Source: Eledone cirrhosa (taxonomy: Eukaryota). From it: a stretch of DNA of 64,000 bases. The position numbers and the translations under genes are program-made. This document shows positions 13,801 through 25,750 of this stretch, piece after piece. Positions within the stretch are counted from its first letter, which is position 1, and every line of letters starts with the position of its first letter. Location of the stretch: positions 868,001 through 932,000 of the forward strand of contig OZ024753.1 of assembly GCA_964016885.1 (NCBI GenBank), written 5' to 3'. The notes beneath the pieces were generated by a model. That model saw only the letters and a program-made list of their open reading frames with translations, was not told the DNA's origin and did no database searches.

Positions 13801-16800
13801 TCAATGCAAACTCTTATTTTTATAGATTGATTCATTATATTCCTTAACAGACCGACATATCAAAAGATTGCCATGCTCCAGTTTAAATGGTTATGCTACA
13901 GCACGAGCTTTGGCTAAGTTATATGGAAATATTGCTAACACAGGAGCAAACAAAGATGCAGATATCCTCTCAAAGTCTACTGTTGAAAATATTGATGAAA
14001 TTCTGTCCCGTGAAAATGATGTTGTTCTGAACATTCCCGTGCAGTATGGTCGAGGTCTCACAATTCACACAAATAAAAAGGTTAGTACGTGTATAATGTG
14101 TACACACTTTTATGTATGTGTATACACACACATACACACACACACACACATATATATATATATTAGAATGGATGCAGTAAAAACCAGTTTGACCATTACT
14201 CACCAGAGTACTCGATACTTGGGGTAGTAGAGTGTGGTAATATGAAGGAGTTGGACCCCCAATGGCTGAGCTCCCGCCGTTTCAACAGCTAGTTCCAAAC
14301 AGTAGTTGAAACAGCCAGGAGCTCAGCTGTTGGGGTCACAACTCTTTCATATACACACATATATATATGTATATATATATATATATATATATGGCTTCCT
14401 AATCATTGCAGGAGATTTTTTAATGGACACGTTGGTAAACACCGTGATGGCTTCTATAGAGTCCATGGAGGCTACGGGTTTGGCACAAGAAATGAAGAAG
14501 GCTTCAGGCTTCTGGAATTCTGCGATGCCAATGACATGTTAATATGTAACACAAACTTCAAAAAACCTGACAACCATCTGATCACCTATAGATCAGGGGA
14601 GCATTCTAGTCAGATAGATTTTATTCTCATCAGAGGGCGTGATAGATGGACAGTTGTAAACACAAAAGCCTTCCCTGGTGAGGAATGTACCTCCCAACAT
14701 AACTTAGTTGTCAGCGACCTCACTGTCAAAACTAGACGAACTTGGAAACAGAAGGCAACTTGGAGAAGAAAGATCTGGAAGCTGAAAGACTCCTCAGCCA
14801 GTAACAGATTTAAAGATATTTTACTCGACGCCTATGACAGTAAAGACGAACAGATAGAGACATTCAATGTAGAAGAGCACTGGGAGTTCCTAAAAAATAA
14901 CTTACTAAAGTATTAAAGTAACGGAAAGAGTTATAGCACAGTTGATTAGGGACTGGGAAAAACTAGATGAGATGCAATTTGGGTTTGTACCAGGAAAAGG
15001 CACCACTGATGCCCTCTTCCTTGTGAGGCAGTTACAGGAAAAGTACTTAGCTAAAAGTAAGCCACTCTACCTGGCATTCGTCGATCTGGAAAAAGCCTTT
15101 GACAGAGTGCCCCGTGCTATAATCTGGTGGGCTCTTAGAAAATTAGGAGTAGATGAATGGCTTGTGAAAGCTGTACAAGCCATGTATAGAGGAGCAGTTA
15201 GGAATTTAGCATACAGGTCGATGTCCACCAGGGCTCTATTCTTAGCCCTCTCCTGTTCATTATAGTTTTGCAGGCAATAACGGAGGAGTTTAAGACTGGA
15301 TGCCCATGGGAACTCCTATATGCGGATGATCTTGCACATATAACTGAATCTATGGTGGAACTAGAGAAGAAATTCCAAACATGGAAGTAGGGATTAGAAA
15401 GAAAGGGTCTCAAAGTCAACCTGACAAGGACAAAGGTTCTTGTAAGTAGACGAGAAAACAGAACCCAGATCCCCTCAGGGAAATGGCCTTGCTCAGTGTA
15501 GGAAAGGTGTAGGTAGGAACTCCATCCTCTGCTTCAAATGCAAACAATGGGTACACAAGAGATGTAGTGGGATCTCAAGAAGCTTAACTAAGAATGTAGG
15601 CTTCATATGTAGCAGCTGCGCTGGGACAGCAAGCAGCAAACGGCCACAGGAAACAAGCACCACCAAACTCTGGGAGGGCTCTGTAGAAACAGTAGACATC
15701 TTCTGCTACCTAGGTGACCGAATTAGCAGCGGAAGTGGGTGTTCGGAAAGTACAATAACTAGGGTAAGAACGGGGTGGAAGAAGTTCAGGGAGCTACTGC
15801 CACTGCTAGCTGCAAAAGGCTTCTCCCTCAAAATGAAAGGCAGACTGTATGATGCGTGTACACGAACAGCAATGTTACATGGTAGTGAGACCTGGGCACT
15901 GTCTGTAGAAGACTTGTGTAGATTAGAAAGAAACGTAGCTTGCATGTTCCGATGGATGTGTAATAGTAATATACTCAAACGGCAAAACATAAACGAATTG
16001 AGAGAGAGACTGAGCATAAGAGGAATCAAATACTGTGTGCAGGAGAGGAGATTGCATTGGTATGGACATGTGATGCGTATGAAGGATGACAGCTGCATAA
16101 AAAGGTGCAGAGCACTAGATGTCGATGGAAGCCGCGAAGTGGGGAGACCCAAGAAGACCTGGGATGAGGTGATAAAAGCCGACCTTACCCAATTGCACCT
16201 CTCACGACCCTGACCTCTGGCGTCACGCAGTAATACAGAAGACCCGACTCTCCACAGGTACAAGCCGAAGCTGAAGCATATAGACAATATGCCCCACCCC
16301 CTCCCATTGCAAAGTGGTCGTGGAGGTGCCACGGTAAAAAAGCACCCAGCCCACACTGTAAAGTGGACGTGTAGGCGCCACGGAAAAACAGCACCCAGCA
16401 CTCACTGTAAATGAGGTTGGTGTTAGGAAGGGCACCCAGCTATAGAAATCAAGCCAGAATCAGTTCTCGTATGAGCAAGACGGTCATCTGACTGGACACT
16501 GCCCACAACAGGACAACCCGTCTAACCCATGCTAGCATGGAAGAACGGACGTAAAACGGTGATGATGTTGATGATGATATATATATACAGAATATATTTT
16601 ATAATTAGGTTTTATATATACATATAAAATATATATTGATAAAGTTACTCAACAAAGAAAGCTCAATGAATATTAAGCTCAGAACATAATTTATACAAAT
16701 TTAAATGATATACAAAAAATGCTTCCTATATATATCTAGTTGTTTGGGCAGGTAACTAGTTAATGTAGAGAGTGAGATATATATAGACAAGACCTTAATC

Positions 16801-17878
16801 ACTTACTGATGAATGAACCTTGGTCTTTATGTTGCTTATCACTAAGATCAATAATTGGCGATTCAGTCCAATCATTAAAAGCGGTGAACTTTAGGCAATG
16901 TTGGGTTGATTCTTTCTTAATGCGAGTACATTTGTTATTTGTCGTTCTATTTATGAAAATAACAAACAGGAAAGATGCCAGTAAACACCCTTGGCAGAGT
17001 CCTACCCTCATAGTGAATGGTTTTGATTCAGCACCATTTATCCAAACACAAATACTCAGGTATTTGTATCGAGACATCAGGGCAACAAGATGCTGACCAT
17101 TAAGCCCATACTCCTGTACAGTCTTCCACAGCAGGTCCCGAGGAACACAGTCATATGCATTTTTGAGGTCTACAAAACAGGAATATACCTCATGACAATA
17201 CTCCCATGATTTCTCGAAGACCTGCCACAGTGTGAATATTTGGTCAGCTGTGCTGCATTCAGGGCAAAAATCACAGTGTTCATCAGCTAGCTTGGACTCG
17301 ACAATCTCCCTGCATCTCTTTGCTAGGCATTTAGCATAGACTTTACTGGGGAGACTTAACTAGGAGATCCCTCTATATTTGAAAAAATAATAATAACAAT
17401 AATAATAATTTCTACTATAGGCACAAAACCAGCAATTTGGCAGATGAGGAAAGTTGTTTAAATCGACCCTAGTGCATTACTAATGCTTTATTTTATTGAC
17501 CCCACAAGGAAAATGGTGAAGTTAACCTTAGTGGGATTTGAACTCAAAACGTAAAGGGCCATAACTCTATGCTGCAAAGCATGGCAATCCACTGCCCTTA
17601 TAATAATAATAATAATAATGATAATTTATTTATTAGCTACAAGGGCTTACACATTAATAATATGCATTTAAAAATTTATCATCCATCAGGGCCAGAAAAT
17701 ATTTTGTCATTTGGGATTTGGAGGTCAAGTATCATGTGGAGATAAAGAGAACAAACTTGGTGTTGCTTATATAACCAACCATTTGAACCCAGTGATATTT
17801 GAGCCAGATACTCGATATACCTCCTTGGTAGATGCTGTCTACAGAACTATTGAAAGAATTGAGAAAAAATCCTCATAG
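4862..17878 (+). CDS. Beta-lactamase domain-containing protein (serine hydrolase, family VIII esterase/class C-like), 427 aa, 8 coding exons
   Basis: join(4862-5007,7042-7227,8060-8159,9893-9998,11199-11321,12250-12428,13826-14080,17690-17878); all introns GT-AG with consistent phase, 1284 nt, no internal stop. Hydrophobic N-terminus [17 protein letters not shown]; motifs VVDLWGG, FSTSK (SxxK), [27 protein letters not shown]; AATAAA at 17907. Confidence 0.92.
5565..5650. repeat. ~29-bp tandem repeat (cccataggactctg core), 3 copies
   Basis: Direct repeats adjacent to a SINE fragment. Confidence 0.8.
6225..6422 (+). mobile_element. tRNA-derived SINE family A
   Basis: B-box gagttcaaatcc plus the conserved core and tail. 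Confidence 0.85.
7676..7945 (-). mobile_element. Degenerate CRE-like fragment
   Basis: [22 protein letters not shown]...FL...G...WL..AIVHGNA motif series. Confidence 0.65.
8690..9000 (-). mobile_element. RTE-like LINE RT fragment
   Basis: [30 protein letters not shown]. Confidence 0.7.
9490..9770 (-). mobile_element. Degenerate LINE ORF2 C-terminal fragment
   Basis: Remnants of GHIL / G.R..G.P...W type motifs. Confidence 0.45.
10075..10372 (-). mobile_element. RTE-like LINE (PHD family) 3' fragment
   Basis: [21 protein letters not shown]...[10 protein letters not shown]; similar to 15950-16200. Confidence 0.85.
10535..10925 (+). mobile_element. CRE-like 3' fragment with 3' UTR
   Basis: [13 protein letters not shown]...[16 protein letters not shown]. 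Confidence 0.7.
11777..12170 (+). mobile_element. piggyBac-type MITE interrupted by a family A SINE (about 11795-11988)
   Basis: TTAA|ccctttagcattta ... taaatgctaaagtg|TTAA. Confidence 0.8.
13290..13500 (-). mobile_element. tRNA-derived SINE family A
   Basis: Reverse complement of the consensus. Confidence 0.75.
13541..13748 (+). mobile_element. piggyBac-type MITE
   Basis: TTAA target duplication and cct/ccc..agg/ggg terminal inverted repeats. Confidence 0.85.
14163..14352 (-). mobile_element. Hairpin element (205-bp family), diverged copy in (TA)n
   Basis: Homologous to 46278-46482. Confidence 0.75.
14393..16578 (+). mobile_element. RTE-like LINE, 5'-truncated and internally deleted (APE remnant, RT with an inserted PHD finger, (GAT)n tail)
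   Basis: AGDFNGHVG and SQIDFIL..QH (APE); [65 protein letters not shown]; embedded in (TA)n. Confidence 0.92.
16880..17380 (-). mobile_element. RTE/BovB-like LINE RT fragment
   Basis: [43 protein letters not shown]. Confidence 0.8.
17410..17600 (-). mobile_element. tRNA-derived SINE family A
   Basis: Reverse complement of the consensus. Confidence 0.8.
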
Positions 17879-18966
17879 CATCTGATGAAAAAATAGTATC
17901 ATTTAAAATAAATATCTTTTAACAATCATCTGTTTATTTTTTTTGTTTCATTTTGAGAGAGAGAGAGAGAGATGGACAGACAGATGAAGGGATAGACACT
18001 GACAGAAAGAGATGGTCTAATGAATATGGTAGAGAATAACTATATAAAGCAGGAATCTCGAACAAACGGGCTACACATTATTCTTCTATGGCATATGGCA
18101 GAACAATTTTTTTGACTAATTAAGAAAAATTTCAAACATAATTTTCCCCAAACATTTTATACAATTTCTCATATGCCACTTACTATCATATATGTATTGA
18201 TCTTGAAGAAAGAGAAAAATTGTCCTTGGCCCTAGGGCCACCTCCCTGCTCACCACCATTGGCACTGAGTTAGCTACCCACAGGTGTGAGCCTCGTGTGC
18301 TGGAATTGCTTTGAAAGTAGTACAAAGTCATTGTAATATTTCTATGACAAATATTGATTTCTATTGGAATGTGAGTTAGGGGTGTTGATTTAATCTGTCC
18401 AACTATTTAGTTTGTAATAATTTTATAAACCACAATGAAATTTTAAATTAAAAAAATATCATTATCATCATTTAATGCCCATTTTCCCTGTCAGTAAGGA
18501 TTGAACAGGTCTTCACAATCCAAGTCAGTACTTAATCAGAGCCACTGATCTTTTAGATGGGCCATAAACTCATCTTGCTTACCTATGGTCCTGCACTCTA
18601 TAGAGTGCACTGTGCAATAATTGCACTACACACTAGACAGATTGTCATGTCTCCCTGAGCACCTACAAAGTCAGAAAACAGCACAGCTCCCATGACTTTC
18701 AGAAACATTTTTTCACGCTCAGAGTTGCTGAAGTGTGGAACAAACTACCCGGATCAGTTGTTAGCTGCTGAGACACTGCATCCTTTAAAACCTCCATGCT
18801 TCCTGAAATTCGCCAACACTACACCTGATATCCCCCCTCCATACACATGCACACATGTATATCATGACTCATACACTGTTGACTTTCCTGACATTTGTAC
18901 ATTATTCTATGTACTATACATGCACCCTTGACGAGTTGTAGTGCACCTGAGCACTGTACACAATAA

Positions 18967-19003
<37 letters not shown>

Positions 19004-20221
19004 ACTGAAGAATCCTCTCAATCCTTTGTAGCATGGTTTTTATAGCTGAATGGCCTTCCTATCACCAACCACTTTACAGGGTGTACTGGGTGCATTTTAT
19101 CATGGTATCAGCACTGGGAATATAAGTAAATTACTGCCAAGCAATCTGTCTAGGATTATAAAATTTCTGCTGTTATCCCTTATATCTAGGGACATACCAT
19201 TATTCAGGATTTAAAGAAATGTTTTTTCAAATCTAGACGTGGCATTACCCCACTTGCTGTCATTTTGAAAGTAGAGTGAAATAATTTAAAGACACAATTC
19301 ATTATTGGACATAGCATTATCTAATGTTCCTTTGAAAATAAAGTTAAGTGAATTGAGTGGAAGGCTCACCTGGCTTTAGATGACAGCACCTGAAATGGGC
19401 CTGTATCTAGGGTTATGGAAGCCCTCACCTTGATTTTAAAATACTAGGTTAATTTTCAGTTAGTTTTGAGAAAGTGGGGGGATGAAGCATGAGGCTAACA
19501 CCCTTATCTCCATTAAAGTTGCTACATAGATGAAAAGCCGATAACTGACATGGGAACAAGCCCATGTCAATGGAGATCTCTCATCATCCAATGCTCCCTG
19601 GGGGACCAATGAAATTACAGTATGACCCATCATATGTATGGTAATTTAAGGAGTATATTTTTGCCTTAGCATGTAATGTTGCAGACCATAACAGTGCCCC
19701 CAACCCTCAGTTTCACACTGTAAACATGGTTGGCACTAGGAAGGGCATCCAGCAGCTGTAAAAACCCAGCCCAAACATGACCCCCACTGTGAGAAAGGCA
19801 TGGCATGACCAACTAACCAAACCTCCCTCATAATGGGGACCCCCCCCCCCCCCAGCTCTCAAGATATGGTTCTACTGTGAACAAGGTACAGCACGGTCAA
19901 TTGGTTAGACCCTCTTCAAAATAGTGCCACCCAATTCCACACTGTTTGCGCAAGGTATGGCCTGGCCAGCTGGCCAGATTGTCTCTTAACCCGGATGACC
20001 TGTCTAACCCATTCAAGCATGGAAACATGGTTGTTAAATGGTGGTGATGATGTATAAAGAGGAGGAAAAAGTTTCAAGAAAGAGAGAGAACAAAAGGCAA
20101 ATCAATGCAAAATGGATTTCCCCCAATTTATTTTGAGGAGATTAATTCATGAATCACATTTTAATAGCGAATTCATGAATACAAACCAGCTGCTTTTTAA
20201 CAGCTGATGAATAGAAGAGTT

Positions 20222-20595
20222 ATATGTATGCACACACACACATATACACACACATATACATATACATATATATACAAACATATACATACCCACATGCACA
20301 AACACAAAAACATATACATACATATACTGACATACACACATGTACATGCCCACATGCACAAACACAACATATATACACACATATACTGACATACACACAC
20401 ATGCATAAACATACACACAAATATACATGCATATACATACATACACAAACACACACACACATGCATATGTACAAACATACACACATATACATATGCACAT
20501 GCACAAACACAAAAACATATACACACATAGACATATACACACATAGACATATATATACACACACATATATATACATATGTGTGTGTGTGTATATA
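20222..20595. repeat. Compound (CA)/(TA) microsatellite
   Basis: Low-complexity dinucleotide tract. Confidence 0.95.
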
Positions 20596-20795
20596 AATGA
20601 ATTAAAAAACTATTCCCATTGTGTGGGCTTTACAAAGGATTTCTATCAACATTGATTAATAATTAACATTTGTGGTTTAGCAATTTCTCAATTTCTTCTG
20701 TATTAATAAGATTTGTAAAATCAATATGTAGTGAATCTAAGCAAAGGGATTTGAACTTTTATTGGTTAAATAGATCATGCTGACCTTTTCGTTAA

Positions 20796-20943
20796 CCCTT
20801 TAGCATTTAAACCAGCCATATCTGGCTGGAATTCTTTCAATACTTTCCGCTAAAACCAGCTGTAACTAGCCACTCATACTGATGTTAAGGTATTGTTCTT
20901 AAATTAAATAACATCAATATAAAGAACTGTAGATGCTAAAGGG
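20796..20943 (-). mobile_element. piggyBac-type MITE, internally deleted
   Basis: TTAA|ccctttagc ... gctaaaggg|TTAA. Confidence 0.8.
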
Positions 20944-21037
20944 TTAAAATAAAAATAAAATAAAACAAAAAGTAAGTTAGTGTTAACATATTGTATGGGG
21001 CAAAGGCATGTCAATTTTAATGGTTATACTTTTAGTG

Positions 21038-21155
21038 AAGGTGTGTGGCTGAGTGGTTAGAGAATTGGATTTGCAATCGTGATGTTGTGAGCTGAATTCC
21101 TGGACCAGGGGATGCATTATGTTCTTGAACAAGACACTTTATTTCACGTTGCTCC
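21038..21155 (+). mobile_element. tRNA-derived CORE-like SINE family B head
   Basis: A-box tggctgagtgg and ttgaacaagacactttatttcacgttgctcc core. Confidence 0.7.
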
Positions 21156-21737
21156 TTCTGCCTGGATTTGCAACCGGTAGATAGTATTAGCAATTGGAAA
21201 GACCAATGAAAACATTGTTTCCTTGGTCAGATTTGTTAAGGTCTGGGATCTTGTCAATCGGCTGTCGATACTTTGAATGATCTTTTTTTTTAATGATCAG
21301 TATTTTCATGGTTCTGATTGCCTTACAAATACTCCTTGCCTATTGTGATTATTCAAAAAACACAGATCATCATCATCACATCTTCACCATTTTACATCTA
21401 CTTTCTTTGGTTAGTATTATATATATATATATGTTATCAGTGATAGATAAACCTTTGTTCAAGTTGACACCATTATATGAATAGCTTTCTTTATCATATT
21501 TTTAAGATGCTACTCTGATTTTAAGATAACTTATGTGTAGGGTAATTATTGGCCACAAAGTCCATTGCATTATCATCTTTTCTTTGTCTTTTGAAAGGAG
21601 CAGATTATAGTATAACTGATTTGTATATATATATATGGTTTATTAGTGGGGTAGTTATCAGGTGATTTAGAATCTCTAGTAGATTAAAATTTGTCCAAGG
21701 ACAGAGAGAAGACGTGTCATCTCTAAATACCTAAGAT

Positions 21738-22150
21738 AATTGTTTCTACTTTTGGCACAAGGCCAGCAATTATCCTAGTACATCACTGATGCTTTATTTT
21801 ATTGACCCTGTAAAGATGAAAGGCAAAGTTAACCTCGACGGGATATGAACTCCAAATGTAAAGGGCCGTAACTCTATGTTACAAAGCATCGCATCCGACC
21901 CTCTACCGATACTGCTAATCTACCGCTAAATACCCAAGATAATGCTTTCTTATATAGGCACAAGGCCAGCAATTTTGGGAGAGGGGGAAGTCGATTAAAT
22001 CGACCCCAGTGCGTGACTGGTACTTTATTTTATCGACCCTGTAAGGATGAAAGGCAAAGTTAAACTCGGTGGGATTTGAACTCAAAGGGCCGTAACTCAA
22101 TGCTGCAAAGCATGGCATCCGACCCCCTACTGATACTGCCAATCCACCGC
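21738..22150 (-). mobile_element. Two tandem family A SINEs
   Basis: Two consensus copies, each flanked by ctaaatacc(c/t)aa(g/a)ataat. Confidence 0.85.
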
Positions 22151-22446
22151 TAAATACCCAAAATAATACCATGGAAGAAGGGGAAGTGTTGTATAACTGA
22201 CAAATGTTTTTTTCATCTTGCAATCCTAACTGCATGTTTTTCTGTATGTTTATATATGCTCTTGTTGAGCTAAAATGTTATTTATATGTTTTATTAATTC
22301 TGAGGATTCCAATTATTGGATTATATTATTAATTAATCAATAATTAAGTATATATATTCAATATGATGGGTGAAACATATGTTAATTAAAATATCATATA
22401 ATTAGCAGTGTTTGGTCTTATTTTCAATGTGTATATATATATATAT

Positions 22447-22649
22447 AGGAACAAGTAAGACCCCGACGGCTGAGCTCAAGCCGTTTCGACGGCTAATTCT
22501 GGACATTATTAGCCGTCCAGAATTAGCCGTAGAAACGGCTTGAGCTCAGCCGTCGGGGTCTTACTTGTTCCTATTACCCACTCTACTACACTAAGTATTG
22601 AGTACTTTGGTGCGTTATGGTCCACCTGGTTCCTTACCACATTTCCTTC

Positions 22650-22652
<3 letters not shown>
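22447..22652 (+). mobile_element. Hairpin element (205-bp family) in (TA)n
   Basis: ~130-bp palindrome 22445-22574 plus an ~80-bp tail. Confidence 0.85.
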
Positions 22653-22686
<34 letters not shown>

Positions 22687-22964
22687 TCATTATTTCCATC
22701 TAGTGACACTTCTTCCATGCTTGTATTGGTTAGACAGGTCGTCCATGCTGGGAAGCAAGTCTGTCCATTGTCGCACCTTCGCACCTCCGGCGAGGGTAAT
22801 AAATTTGGCTGGGTATTTTACAGCCCTTCCTAACACCAACCTCATTTACAGTGTGGACTGGGAGGTTTTTACCGTGTTTCCTACACGGCCACCTTACAGT
22901 GTGGACTGTTGTGTCATCGATACCGTGGATGGAATGGGAGAGGGAGGATGTGTGTATATATATA

Positions 22965-23094
<130 letters not shown>

Positions 23095-23110
23095 TGTGTG
23101 TGTGTATATG

Positions 23111-23141
<31 letters not shown>

Positions 23142-23150
23142 ATATATATA

Positions 23151-23195
<45 letters not shown>

Positions 23196-23343
23196 ATATA
23201 TATAAATATGTGTATTTATTTAGGTTTGTTGGTTCACCACTGGATAGAATTGATATCACCGGATTCATACGGAACCCGGTCATTGAAATGATCATAGTAT
23301 AATAAACCTTTCAAGGATTTACACCAGTCCAGCCTCCTGTTAT

Positions 23344-23435
<92 letters not shown>

Positions 23436-23436
<1 letters not shown>

Positions 23437-23639
23437 AACGAAGGAAGTGTGGTAAGGTACCAGATCGACCCCATAACGCACCAGAGTACTCAATACTTAG
23501 GGTAGTAAAGTGGGTAATAGGAAAATGTTTGACCCCGACAGCAGAGCTCAAGCCCTTTCGACGGCTATTTCTGGACTAAATTTAGTCCAGAAATAGCTGC
23601 CGAAATGGGTTGAGCTCTGCCGTTGGGGTTAAACATTTT

Positions 23640-23642
<3 letters not shown>
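23436..23642 (-). mobile_element. Hairpin element (205-bp family) in (TA)n
   Basis: Tail followed by palindrome 23517-23644, flanked by (TA)n on both sides. Confidence 0.85.
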
Positions 23643-23700
<58 letters not shown>

Positions 23701-23740
23701 CAAAATATTAATAAATGAAGACATTCACATAATCAAAATA

Positions 23741-23810
23741 TATATTTTATTATATATATTTCGAAGGTACTGTGCTGTTTTTTCAGTACGTCCTCGTCAG
23801 ATAAAATACA
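23741..23810 (-). ncRNA. Minimal type-I hammerhead ribozyme
   Basis: tgtattttat CTGACGA ggacgtactg-loop-cagtaccttc GAAA tatata TA ataaaatata; 10-bp stem I, intact core, palindromic stem III. Confidence 0.8.
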
Positions 23811-23963
23811 AAAATTGATGCATGACATACTTCAACGGTCTTGATGGTTCAATTCCAGTATTTGAATAATATTAATAACTCCAGAAAACTTCCTTGTAGA
23901 GTGCTTTTAATCTATTGTAAAACTATATTCATTGAGTAATCAATGAACCATATTAATCTTTGG

Positions 23964-24005
<42 letters not shown>

Positions 24006-24009
24006 ATAA

Positions 24010-24188
24010 TAATTGTTTCTACTTTAGGCACAAGGCCAGCAATTACCCAGTGCATTACTGGTACTTTATTTTATCGACCCCGTAAGGATGAAAGACAAAG
24101 TCAACCTCGGCGGGATTTGAACTCAGACTGTAAAGGGACGTAACTATGCTGGAAAGCATGGCGTCCAACTCTCTACCGATACTGCCAA
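24010..24188 (-). mobile_element. tRNA-derived SINE family A
   Basis: Reverse complement of the consensus. Confidence 0.85.
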
Positions 24189-24345
24189 TGAAGACAAAAA
24201 TCCAAAGAGGGCTCGATAAGGATAAATATATATCAAATATATAAGAACCGTAGAGCAAATATTTATTAAAATAACAGATTAAAGTTTAAGCAAAGAATCG
24301 CTGCGATTCTTTGCTTAAACTTTAATCTGTTATTTTAATAAATAT
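24189..24345 (-). repeat. Short dispersed element ending in a perfect 42-bp-arm fold-back (24259-24345)
   Basis: 24189-24304 is the near-identical reverse complement of 51034-51148. Confidence 0.85.
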
Positions 24346-24381
24346 ATATATATATATTAGAATTGATGCTCTGAAATAGCG

Positions 24382-24700
24382 ATATATATGAATGAATATA
24401 TAGTGTATTTTGCAATATACTCTATGCTTAATTAAAAGCATTTCGAAGACCATATGCTATTGTTTTAGAGTAGTGACAGTCTCACTTACTTTAATTTTCC
24501 GCCTGTTTGGCGGAGTACTTAGCTTTGATAAGCGCCAAAAAGTACGAAACAGAGTTCTGTCAGCTTTATCTCCCCTGTTTGCTGAAAATTAAAGTAAGTG
24601 AGATTGTCACTACTCTAAAACAATAGCGTAAGGTCTTCGAAATGCTTTTAATTAAGCACAGAGTGTATTGCAAAATACACTATATATACATTCATATATA
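24382..24700 (+). repeat. Long inverted repeat (~115-bp arms) with a degenerate hammerhead in the loop (24521-24565)
   Basis: Arms 24382-24499 and 24584-24700; loop agct TTGATAA gcgc caaaaa gtac GAAA cagagttctg TC agct. Confidence 0.8.
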
Positions 24701-25319
24701 TATATATATATATATCATCATCATCATCATCATCGTTTAACGTCCATCTTCCACGCTAGCATGGGTTAGACGGGAGTTGTGCTACTTGAGACAAGGTTGG
24801 TCGGGTGACCGTGTCGCGCTCGTATAGGACTATCTGACATTTTCTCGTTGACCTAACACAGAATAGTTGCAAGTGGTGAGAGAGAATGAATGGGGAGAGA
24901 TGACAAATAGTTGGAGTATAGATAGTTATATAGATAAGTATATAAAAGTAAATTGTATGATTTACACATCTATATGACGTAAACTTCTATTTAAATTGTT
25001 TTCAGGTCTCAGACTGCTTATCACAAAAGTGGTGTGTCTATATGGTGTGTAAGAAGGTTGGTTAGATTGTGTCATATCATTATATCCACTGTATGTCAAG
25101 TGACCTCTCTAGAAAGGTAGATGTAATTATATGTGTGTGGCTGTCTAAATGTGTATATGTGCATGTATGCTTTTATATCTGTATTATTTATTGTGCACAT
25201 ATATATGCATGCACATACAGTTGTATTTATGTTTGTATGTTATGGTTTTTTTTTTGCATATACAGATGTATGCCTTTATATATATATATATATATGAATA
25301 TATAAAAGCATTCATATGT

Positions 25320-25356
<37 letters not shown>

Positions 25357-25358
<2 letters not shown>

Positions 25359-25750
25359 CATACACAGGACTCATGCCACCCTCCTACTGTTTTTAGAAAC
25401 TTCATAAATAATATCAATACTAGAATCTCTAACCTCTCCTCTAATAATCCTATCTTTGACAGAGCGGCCCCCTACTAAAACACGGCGTTAGCTAACAGTG
25501 ACTTCTCGCAACCAATTACTTACTCTCCCACTAACAACAACAGCAATAAGAAAAGAAATCGTAACAATAGACAAACTATCTGGTTCTCTCCTCCCTTCTC
25601 ACTCAACGTTAAAACTAATGTAGGAAAAATTTGTTTAGCCCTCTTAGATAGACACTTCCCCATACATCACAAATACCGCTCCATCCTTAACAGACACAGA
25701 GTTAAACTAGGGGACTCCTGCGCTAAGAATATGAAGGCCGACATCACCAA
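25357..25750 (+). mobile_element. Penelope-like element RT thumb/linker fragment
   Basis: DSCHPPTVFRN...RISNLSSN..IFDRAAPY*N.AL..S...IWFSPPFSLNVKTNVGK..L.LLDRHFP.HHKYRSILNR..VKLG.SC..NM; starts at the edge of a (TA)n tract. Confidence 0.8.
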
